From an uncultured archaeon (GTDB lineage: Archaea; Asgardarchaeota; Jordiarchaeia; Jordiarchaeales; Jordiarchaeaceae): a stretch of DNA of 19,401 bases. A model generated the notes under the pieces. That model was not told the DNA's origin. It searched no databases and was given only the letters and a program-made list of their open reading frames with translations. Of the stretch, positions 8,871 to 16,886 are shown piece after piece (the first letter of the stretch is position 1; each line of letters starts with the position of its first letter). A program made the position numbers and the translations under genes. Where the stretch lies: contig CAZECW010000169.1 of the NCBI GenBank assembly GCA_964510585.1, positions 1-19,401 on the forward strand. Direction: 5' to 3'.

Positions 8871-10832
8871 GTGAAAAGTACGAACAAGGAGCAAATAGAG
8901 ACTAACACCAGGAAGCCAAAGGAAAGGCGGATAGAGAAATCTCTGAAGACCATCAGAGCACGAATGAAAAATGGCTTCAATGGCATGTTCAAGGATTTCG
9001 GCTCAAAATTTTTAACGAAAAGGCATCTTAAGCTCATATTCTCCTCAATCATCGTTGGACTCCTAGTTGGCCTAGGCACCGCAGCCTTCTTATATCTCAT
9101 AAAATTTTTCAGCGACATCCTCCTGAATTATCCAACCAGCATCTATGCCCCCTTAATAATTCTTATGCCAGCCGCTGGAGGCCTCATAGTTGGCGTGATT
9201 ACATACAAAATTTCCCCTGAGAGTGAGGGACACGGAGTCTCCGAGGTTCTAGAATCCATGGCTCTCCATGGGGGAAGGATACGCGCCAGGGTACCTTTAA
9301 TTAAAATGATTACCTCCGCCATTACCATTGGCTCTGGAGGAAGCGCAGGATACGAAGGACCAATGGTTCACATAGGAGGAGGTACAGGATCCACCATTGG
9401 GCGACTTCTGAAAATGGATGAGGCCGCTGTTAAAATCTTGGTAGTTTGTGGAGCTGCAGCGGGAATAAGCGCTATATTTAATGCTCCGTTGGGCGGCGTG
9501 TTCTTCGGTTTAGAAATAGTCTATGGGGGAGTAGAAGCTATAGCATTAATTCCTGTTGTTTTATCTTCATTTGTTTCAACCGCTGTAGCTCAGGGAATAC
9601 TTGGAGCAGAGCCGCTACTCAAACTTAGAGTCTTTGCAATTTTGAATCCCTACGAGTATTTGTTATTCTTCGCTTTGGGCGTAATTTTTGGTTTGATGAG
9701 CATATTTTGGATAAAAATATTCCACTATATATCTGACCGTTTCCAAAAATTAAAAGCTCCAAAGTATATTAAACCGGGAATTGGAGGACTGATGCTGGGA
9801 TTCATAATATTTTTCTTCCCCCAAATAATTGGAGGAGGCTACGAAGTAATCAACAGAGAACTTGTAGTTCCCATAAGTTTAGTCCTACTTCTTACCCTCG
9901 GTTTACTAAAGATAATAGGCACTTCTATAACACTGGGAAGCGGGGGAAGCGGAGGAGCCTTCGCACCCATGTTATTCATAGGGGCAATGTTTGGAGGAGC
10001 CTACGGGCTATCCTTACAATGGCTACTTTTCTCCAACACCTATGGATCCCTCACCCCCATACTGCCATACTTAGCCAGTTTAATGGGTTCTTGGGTTCGC
10101 TATCTTTCACCCGCCATTGCCTTTGAGCCCATGGCTTATGCCTTGGTAGGTATGGCGGCCCTCATAGCCGCAGCAGCTCGAGCCCCCCTAACGGGCATAG
10201 TTTTGGTAACTGAAATCTCTAAAGACTACAGTATGATATTGCCCCTTATGCTCGCCTGTATAACAGCGTATTTGGTTAGCCGATTAATTATGAGGGGAGA
10301 CCTCTACACGGAAAATCTGCTGAAGAAGGGTATTGACCTTGTGGAAGAAAGACGTGCTGATTTACTTGACAGGGTAAGGGTGGGCGATGTTATGTCCAAG
10401 CCGATGGTGGTGTCTTCAGATATGAAGGTTTTCCAAGTTCTGGAAATGATATGCAAGTATCACCATCACGGTTATCCAGTTGTAGATAATGACAACCTGA
10501 TAGGAATCATTGATTCTGATACTGTAGATAGGGAGATGGCGGAAAACCACGAAATGAGAAGAGTGGGGGAGATAGTTAATAAAAACGTGGTTACAGTTTT
10601 CCCCGATGAGACTCTTCACCAGGCTCTGGATAAAATGCTTGAAAACAAGACAGATAGACTGGTTGTAGTGGATCGTAAAAATAAAAATATTGTTGGTATA
10701 ATAACAAGGACAGATATCCTAGAAGTTCACGAAATAAAACTAATTATGAAATATGGCAAGGGAGCAATAAGAGATAAACTTCAAAAAATTGCAAGAATAG
10801 ATGAAGAATACCGAGAAGAGATGGAAATATGA
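8871..10832 (+). CDS. ClC-family chloride channel/antiporter with C-terminal CBS pair (true start may be downstream, e.g. 8964)
   Basis: GHGVSE, GSAGYEGP (gating Glu), FGLEIV, GGAFAP, LYT motifs; two CBS domains (VGDVMS..., YPVVD..., LVVVD...GIITRTDI). Confidence 0.9.
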   Translation: MKSTNKEQIETNTRKPKERRIEKSLKTIRARMKNGFNGMFKDFGSKFLTKRHLKLIFSSIIVGLLVGLGTAAFLYLIKFFSDILLNYPTSIYAPLIILMPAAGGLIVGVITYKISPESEGHGVSEVLESMALHGGRIRARVPLIKMITSAITIGSGGSAGYEGPMVHIGGGTGSTIGRLLKMDEAAVKILVVCGAAAGISAIFNAPLGGVFFGLEIVYGGVEAIALIPVVLSSFVSTAVAQGILGAEPLLKLRVFAILNPYEYLLFFALGVIFGLMSIFWIKIFHYISDRFQKLKAPKYIKPGIGGLMLGFIIFFFPQIIGGGYEVINRELVVPISLVLLLTLGLLKIIGTSITLGSGGSGGAFAPMLFIGAMFGGAYGLSLQWLLFSNTYGSLTPILPYLASLMGSWVRYLSPAIAFEPMAYALVGMAALIAAAARAPLTGIVLVTEISKDYSMILPLMLACITAYLVSRLIMRGDLYTENLLKKGIDLVEERRADLLDRVRVGDVMSKPMVVSSDMKVFQVLEMICKYHHHGYPVVDNDNLIGIIDSDTVDREMAENHEMRRVGEIVNKNVVTVFPDETLHQALDKMLENKTDRLVVVDRKNKNIVGIITRTDILEVHEIKLIMKYGKGAIRDKLQKIARIDEEYREEMEI

Positions 10833-10920
10833 GCCCGCCGTGAATGGAAACTGCAAACACAAAATTTTTTGAAAAATCAATTATTGGACCGTTTAAACTT
10901 CTGTCGTGGTATTAGAGGCA

Positions 10921-11217
10921 CTATTTTATTTGAAAAAGCGGCTGGGATATCCTTTCATTCTTGCACTTCGGGCATCTTGAGGGTAATTTGGGTCGACTTA
11001 AATCCTTAAAGACGAAACCACACCTGAGACAAGCGGGAGGAAGCATAACCAGTTTGCTATTCTTCTTTCTCAGAGTTAGGGCTATGTGGGACAAGTCCTC
11101 AAGAACTATTTTCCTATCAAAGACTCCCAGCATTCGGCACAGCTCGTCGAGGCTGACAGGCTCGCCCGTGCTCAAAAGTTTAACTATTTTTTCTCTTCGG
11201 GTATCCCAGCCCTCCAT
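10921..11217 (-). CDS. Small HTH plus Zn-ribbon transcriptional regulator (COG3357-like)
   Basis: TRREKIVKLL...; CLRCGF and PSRCPKCKNERI CxxC pairs; ATG at 11217 preceded by GGTG. Confidence 0.8.
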   Translation of the reverse strand: MEGWDTRREKIVKLLSTGEPVSLDELCRMLGVFDRKIVLEDLSHIALTLRKKNSKLVMLPPACLRCGFVFKDLSRPKLPSRCPKCKNERISQPLFQIK

Positions 11218-11248
11218 ACCAACACCAACGGTAGAAAGCACTATTTAG

Positions 11249-12217
11249 CTATCCTATCTCCCTCTTTAGACGCTCCATTATCTCCTTTGCCCCATTCACC
11301 ATTTCGTCTATGACTTCTTTTACTGTAAGGATTTTGTCTATTCTCCCCACAGCCATACCTAAGGAAAGTATTCCGGCATCGATGTCCCCTTCTTCCCAAG
11401 CTTTCTTGCCCAGTTGACCACTTATTACTGGAAGGACTTCCTCAAGCGTAGCGCCCCTGGCCTCCATCTGCTGAGCTGTTAGTGCTGGCTTGTTCTTTAT
11501 AACTCGGGAGGCGAGTTTAAAGGGTTTCCCTATGATGGTGGTGTCGCTGTCTTTGGCGTTCACAATCCATTCTTTAATCTTGGGGTGCACGTTACACTCC
11601 TTGGTGGCCACGAAGCGTGTTCCCATAACCACGCCCTCTGCACCTAGGGCTAGGGCGGCGACGAAGCTTCTTGAATCGCATATGCCTCCCCCTGCACAAA
11701 CTGGAATTTTTACGGCGTCAACAGTTTCTGGAATTAGTATTAGGGAGGTTACATCATCGAGTCCCGGATGTCCTCCGCACTCGAATCCCACAACAGTTAC
11801 CGCGTCGCATCCTATTCTTTCTGCGGTTTTGGCGTATCTGACCCCTGCAACCTTGTGTATTATCTTTATGCCTGCTTCCTTTATTCGGGGAAGGTACTGT
11901 TCGGGACTCGTTCCCGAGGACTCAATTATTGGTACGCCTTCATCTATGAAGAGTTCAATGTCCTTATCTAAGCCTCTGGGTCTCATGGCGGGAAAAAGAT
12001 TTAGATTCACTCCAAAAGGTTTTTTTGTTAGTTCTCTGGTTCTCTGAATCTCCATACGTAAATCTTCGGGATTCTCAAAAGTTGTTGCAGCAAGGATTCC
12101 AAGGCCGCCCGCATTCGAAATGGCTGCAACGAGTTCAGCCCTGGAAAGATTGTGCATAGCTCCGCCAATAATGGGATACTTAATACCAAAAAGTTCAGTA
12201 ATTCTGGTCTTAAACAT
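11249..12217 (-). CDS. Nitronate monooxygenase / FabK-like FMN-dependent oxidoreductase
   Basis: MFKTRITELFGIKYPIIGGAM, GLGIL, GFECGGHPG, AGGI, ALGAEGVVMGTRF; ATG at 12217 preceded by GGTGG. Confidence 0.88.
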   Translation of the reverse strand: MFKTRITELFGIKYPIIGGAMHNLSRAELVAAISNAGGLGILAATTFENPEDLRMEIQRTRELTKKPFGVNLNLFPAMRPRGLDKDIELFIDEGVPIIESSGTSPEQYLPRIKEAGIKIIHKVAGVRYAKTAERIGCDAVTVVGFECGGHPGLDDVTSLILIPETVDAVKIPVCAGGGICDSRSFVAALALGAEGVVMGTRFVATKECNVHPKIKEWIVNAKDSDTTIIGKPFKLASRVIKNKPALTAQQMEARGATLEEVLPVISGQLGKKAWEEGDIDAGILSLGMAVGRIDKILTVKEVIDEMVNGAKEIMERLKREIG

Positions 12218-12337
12218 TTTAAACCACCTTACATTCAAATATTTGATAGAATTACAACTATGTCTCATATATTCTTATTGATAAAAAATAGGCTACCCCT
12301 TTTAAATCCAGAATTTTTTAGTAGTGGAAAAAGGGAA

Positions 12338-12515
12338 TTGACACTCTCCGCGACTAAAGTCGGGAGATTCTTGCTTCTGGCTCATCGGGAGCCTTCGAAG
12401 CAATGGGTGTGCCATCACCCAGTTAACACGCCCTTCCCTTAAGGGAACGGCGTCTATGTTGGCACCCTCATGGGGGCTGCGTCTTGTTTAGCCTCTTAAG
12501 CCCAAGCCAAACCCT
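12338..12515 (-). ncRNA. Putative TnpB omegaRNA (reRNA) scaffold; predicted guide is the flank 12337-12318; 5' end approximate
   Basis: Hairpins at 12428-12453, 12404-12421 and 12371-12403 plus the right-end hairpin, ending at TCAA; TATA-like motifs upstream. Function inferred from position and structure. Confidence 0.55.
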
Positions 12516-12530
12516 TCAGCTACCAACAAC

Positions 12531-12563
12531 TATTTATATACCATACTTTCAAATAAACTTTCT
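12531..12563 (-). promoter_or_regulatory. Candidate BRE/TATA promoter(s) inside the mini element, directed toward the right end
   Basis: AGAAAGTTTATTT (12563-12551) and TATATAAATA (12540-12531) on the minus strand. Confidence 0.45.
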
Positions 12564-12612
12564 GGCGATTCATCCCCACGACTAAAGTCGGGGGCTTTCT
12601 CACCAAGGTTTT

Positions 12613-12920
12613 GTAACAAGAGATTTTGGTGCTTCCTTAGCTACTCTTCTGGTTATAACTCCAGTTGCACCTGCAAGCAAACTCTCTCCCTTCGTTGCAC
12701 CATAAACCCAAGCATCCTGCGAGGGATATTTTTCCACCAAACTTAGTAAGGCGCTTTCCAATTCGTCTACCGTATTGCATTTTCTATCTAGCTGGAATTT
12801 TTCCTGAGCATACCTGCTGGCATGCTCCAAAAAGAGTTTCAACACTGCGGGAGAAGTCAGTGGTTCATACCGATACGCATCGGCAATAGCTCTAACTATC
12901 CTCTCATTTCCAACAGGCAT
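12613..12920 (-). pseudogene. Hypothetical protein gene interrupted by the mini element; remaining 3' part at 12337-12265
   Basis: ATG at 12920 with GGGGTG RBS and TTTATATA upstream; ORF runs into the element at GTT AC|A AAA CCT TGG TGA; removing the element gives a 126-aa ORF. Confidence 0.7.
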
Positions 12921-13375
12921 ATTTTGCACCCCTTCCTGTCGTACGTTGGCAAACAAGTATATAAAATATATGTAATAAATTTTTTCCAAATAATAATTAT
13001 AAGTTTTATCCTAATTGTTTTTGGAGAGAGTGAATGTGTTGGTAGTGAATTTCCCCTCTTCTTTGTCTTTAGAGGCGAAGCATTTATAGGATTCCCTCTC
13101 GAGAGCCTCAAAATGAGATTTTTAGTGTTGGGCGCAGTATAGCCCTTCCTTTTTTTAAACAATGCTCCGTTGCGCTTGTTGTATGTTTGTAATTTGCCTT
13201 TTAGTCCCCTCAGTATTCTCTCTGTTTCCCCCTCTTTATTATATAAATGTGTTAACTAGGGGGTGAAAATGGATATCTTCAAGTCTGGCATAGAAACAAT
13301 TTATACGAATATGATTGTCGCCCGATTGTGGCGTGTGGTGTGGACTAGTTTAAAAGAGAACAGTTTTTTGGTTTT

Positions 13376-14770
13376 TTATTTTTGGGGTGTTCCGCTTAGG
13401 AGGTCTGCTACTCTGTGGATTTCTATGAGATTACTTTCATGGGGTTGTCTTGTTCTGATTCCTGCTGTGAATAGGACGTAGTCTTTGTCTTCGATTAGGG
13501 CTTTCTCCTTGAGTATCTGTGCTGTGTAGTGGATTATGTCTGGGGCTTCTCGGTATTTTAAGTGTACTGGTTCCACTCCGTAGACTATTTCTAGTTGTCT
13601 CTTGACCATTTCGTTTTCTGTTACCGCGATGATTGGTTGTTTGAGTCTGAATCTGGCAATCATTCTTGCGGTATATCCGGATCTTGTTAGGGTTACAATC
13701 TTGTCTATGGGCATTGAGTTTGCTATTAGGTTTATGGATTTACTCACTGTTTGGGAAATGTTGATGTAGCCGTTCATTTCTACTTTACTCGTTACCATGC
13801 GTTCTGCTTCTTTTGCGATTTTGGTCATCATTTCTACGCTTTCTACGGGATATTTTCCGATGGATGTTTCTCCTGAGAGCATGACTGCGTCGCTTCCATC
13901 TAGTATGGCGTTTGCCACGTCGCTTGCTTCGGCTCTGGTGGGTGTGGGATTGTTCATCATAGATTCCAGCATCTGGGTTGCGGTTATCACTGCTTTTCCC
14001 AGCTGGTTGCATCTTCGAATTATGTTCTTCTGGATGAGGGGAACCTTTTCATAATCTATTTCTACACCTAAATCTCCGCGTGCAACCATTATGGCGTCTG
14101 ATTCATCTATAATTTCGGCGATGTTCTTTACGCCTGAATGGTTTTCGATTTTGGCTATTACTGCCTGTCCACTGTTGCCGATTTTGGCTCTCAGATTTTT
14201 TACGTCGTTAGCGTCTCTTGTGAAGGAGAGTGCTAGGAATTCGACATTGTGTTCTTTGGAGAATTCTATTGCTTGGAGGTCCTTTTGTGATAGGCTGGGA
14301 ACGTTAATCTTTTTGTGGGGAATGTTAACTCCCTTGTTGTTTTCAATTATTCCTGCATCGAAAACTTGGAGGTAAAGTTTCCCGTTTTCCTTCTTTTTTA
14401 TTTTTGTTCCTATGGCTCCGTTGTCAATGAGAATCCTGTCTCCCACATCCACCTCGTCATAAAAGTTGTAGGAGAAAGTGAGTTCTTCGTCTCCGAAACC
14501 AGCCACTACCATATCGCCCTCGTTAACCTCTCGGGGGCTCTTAATTCTTGTTCTGATCTCTGGCCCCTTAATATCCATAATGATGGGTATCTCCCCCACA
14601 CTCCTCGTCAAATTAATAATTTCTTTGTACTGGTTGAAGTCACCGTGGGCAGTGTTTATTCGAACCACATCCATTCCTGCTTCATACATTTTTTTGATTG
14701 TTTTAAGATTCAAACTAGCCGGACCTATTGTGCATATTATTTTAGTTTTTTTCTCTCTTCTTCTAGCCAT
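13376..14770 (-). CDS. pyk: Pyruvate kinase
   Basis: KTKIICTIGP, RINTAHG, DIKGPEIR, AKIEN, MVARGDLGVE, ATQMLESM, PTRAEASDVANAILDGSDAVMLSGET; ATG at 14770 with GGTGG RBS. Confidence 0.97.
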   Translation of the reverse strand: MARRREKKTKIICTIGPASLNLKTIKKMYEAGMDVVRINTAHGDFNQYKEIINLTRSVGEIPIIMDIKGPEIRTRIKSPREVNEGDMVVAGFGDEELTFSYNFYDEVDVGDRILIDNGAIGTKIKKKENGKLYLQVFDAGIIENNKGVNIPHKKINVPSLSQKDLQAIEFSKEHNVEFLALSFTRDANDVKNLRAKIGNSGQAVIAKIENHSGVKNIAEIIDESDAIMVARGDLGVEIDYEKVPLIQKNIIRRCNQLGKAVITATQMLESMMNNPTPTRAEASDVANAILDGSDAVMLSGETSIGKYPVESVEMMTKIAKEAERMVTSKVEMNGYINISQTVSKSINLIANSMPIDKIVTLTRSGYTARMIARFRLKQPIIAVTENEMVKRQLEIVYGVEPVHLKYREAPDIIHYTAQILKEKALIEDKDYVLFTAGIRTRQPHESNLIEIHRVADLLSGTPQK

Positions 14771-15206
14771 ACTGAATCCACCCCAAAATAACATTCGAGT
14801 ATTGAGAACAAAAATCCTGAATTTAAAAATAGTCCATGGCTGCCTTTGCACTTATGTTTTTTGTTTTAAATCCTGCCACACACTATTTATCTGGTTTATT
14901 CTCTCAATTTACTGCTATTTCTAATTGTATCATAGGAATATGAATTTATCCTTCACTGTCTAGGGGGAGTTTTTAACATACGTATCCTCTGGCTAATCTA
15001 TAAATTTTTTACGTAGCTCCTCAGGCACCTTTAAGGGGAAGTCAATTTGTCCCAACCCTCGAGGTTAACCCTCTCCACCTTACTATTTCTTTTCTGATTA
15101 ATTATTTCTCTTTTTTATTCTGATGTCCTCTAAGAAAAACTTTAAAGAATGTGTGCTAAAAGACCGTACTTGTGCAAGAATGGTTTTAGTAGTGGTGGTC
15201 GTTAGA

Positions 15207-16697
15207 GTGGGAAAACCGAAGGTGCTCCTTACCGGCGCTTCAGGTTCTATGGGAAAAATGGCTTTCCAAGAACTGCTTAAAAGGAAGGATGAGTTCGACA
15301 TAGTTCTACTTCTTCTACCCTACAAAGACATAATAAAAGAATTTTCAAAGTATGTGGGCGGAAAAAAGGTACCAGTCGGGGGAAGAGGGATTGTTGAACA
15401 TGGGGGATTGAAAATTGTGTATGGCGATTTGATCAACCCCGATGATGTATTGGAGGCGGTTAACGGCTGCGATTTTGTTCTTCATCCTGCTGCTTTGATC
15501 CCGCCTGCTGCTGATCATAATCCAGAACTTACAGAAAGGGTGAATTTGGGGGGCACTAAAAACATAATTAACGCCATCAAAAAGCAGCCAAACCATGGAG
15601 AAGGAGTAAAGCTAGTCTACATTTCCTCTATTGCCATATATGGAGATAGGCTTCCTCCTGTTCACAGAATAAGGGTGGGCGACCCTTTAATTCCCAGTGT
15701 CTATGACTTTTATGCTACGACAAAATTGAAGGCCGAGAGGGAAGTTATAGATTCGGGTTTGAAGTACTGGGTTTCACTGAGACAAACATATATTGCGATT
15801 CCCAACGCTCTAAGTTTAATGAATCCCATACTCTTCCACCAGCCCTCAAATACGCACATAGAACTCATCACCAGCCAAGACGCGGGATATGGACTGGTGA
15901 AGTGCTTGGACGCCCCAGACGATTTCTGGTGCAAAATATATAATATGGGAGGGGGAGAATCGTGTAGATTCATCTTTAAAGACTACATCAGAGACATGAT
16001 GAAAGTAATGGGAATAGGGGACTACAGAAAAGTATTGGAGAGAAACTGGTTCTGCCTGAGAAACTTCCACTGCGGCTGGTACGAAGACAGCCACATCCTC
16101 AACAGGTACCTCCACCATCAGAGGCAGTCGCTAGAAGACCATTACAAACAAGTAAAGGAAAACATCCCAGCATACTACAAATTGGTAAAAATTGTCCCAA
16201 GAGGTATTATCAAAAAAATGATGGAAAGAATGGCTAAAAGTGAGGACGGACCACTTAACTGGGTGTACTCCAATAATCAGGGGAGGATTAACGCTTTTTT
16301 CGGATCAAAGGAAAAATGGGAGGCCATACCTGACTGGGACGATGAAACTCTCAACCGTGATGAAGAATCATACCTATTAGACCATGGCTACGATGAAACA
16401 AAGGCGGATGAAGATTTAACAATAGAAGACCTGCGTCAAGCCGCTAAATTCAGGGGAGGGGAATGCCTCTCAGAAAAACTCGTGGATATGAAGACAAAGC
16501 TAAAATGGAAATGTGCTTTCGGCCACATTTTTGAAGGCAGCCCCACACTTATACTCAAGGGAGGCCATTGGTGTCCTGAGTGCACACCTCCACCTTGGTT
16601 CTATGATAAAATAGCAAAGAAAAACCCGTTCCTCGCCCAAGTATACTATATAAATCACTCCAAAGACGAAAATAATTACTATGACTCAGTGATATGA
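15207..16697 (+). CDS. Extended SDR NAD-dependent epimerase/dehydratase with a C-terminal Zn-ribbon-like domain
   Basis: TGASGSMG, HPAA, ISSIAIYG, YATTK; C-terminal WKCAFGH...GGHWCPEC; GTG at 15207 preceded by GGTGGT. Confidence 0.82.
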   Translation: MGKPKVLLTGASGSMGKMAFQELLKRKDEFDIVLLLLPYKDIIKEFSKYVGGKKVPVGGRGIVEHGGLKIVYGDLINPDDVLEAVNGCDFVLHPAALIPPAADHNPELTERVNLGGTKNIINAIKKQPNHGEGVKLVYISSIAIYGDRLPPVHRIRVGDPLIPSVYDFYATTKLKAEREVIDSGLKYWVSLRQTYIAIPNALSLMNPILFHQPSNTHIELITSQDAGYGLVKCLDAPDDFWCKIYNMGGGESCRFIFKDYIRDMMKVMGIGDYRKVLERNWFCLRNFHCGWYEDSHILNRYLHHQRQSLEDHYKQVKENIPAYYKLVKIVPRGIIKKMMERMAKSEDGPLNWVYSNNQGRINAFFGSKEKWEAIPDWDDETLNRDEESYLLDHGYDETKADEDLTIEDLRQAAKFRGGECLSEKLVDMKTKLKWKCAFGHIFEGSPTLILKGGHWCPECTPPPWFYDKIAKKNPFLAQVYYINHSKDENNYYDSVI

Positions 16698-16886
16698 GAA
16701 ACACAAGTGGCGGAATATACGGCAAATTTTTGTCTCCTCTGAGTTGGAGTTTTGCTACAAGTTTCCGCATCCAACTCTGCTGCTATAGAAGAGCTTTTGT
16801 GATAATCCTCAGCGTCCCATTTGTACACGGTGCCGCATTAATGATAACTGACATGATAGGACGAAAAATGGGATGTATATTAGAAT

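Larger units (their letters stand above)
12338..12612 (-). mobile_element. 275-bp non-autonomous IS200/IS605 (IS608-like) element with intact left and right ends and no protein gene
   Basis: Minus strand: TTAC|AAAACC...AAAG-CCCCCGACTTTAGTCGTGGGG (left end) and GAAT-CTCCCGACTTTAGTCGCGGAG-AGTG-TCAA (right end); left end matches the element at 18490 at 46/51 aligned positions; no target duplication. Confidence 0.9.

Noticed and set aside
12338-12612. Mini element as a self-splicing IStron or group I intron
   Set aside because: It ends in TCAA rather than a terminal G, I see no group I core, and it is fully explained by IS ends plus a right-end RNA.
13263-13481. 72-aa plus-strand ORF with GGGGGTG upstream
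   Set aside because: It overlaps the pyk 3' end in antisense for about 100 nt and has no recognisable protein features.
12218-15206. Extended N-termini in the ORF track (starts at 12268, 12989, 14851, 15123)
   Set aside because: Downstream starts (12217, 12920, 14770, 15207) have ribosome-binding sites and coincide with where family similarity begins.
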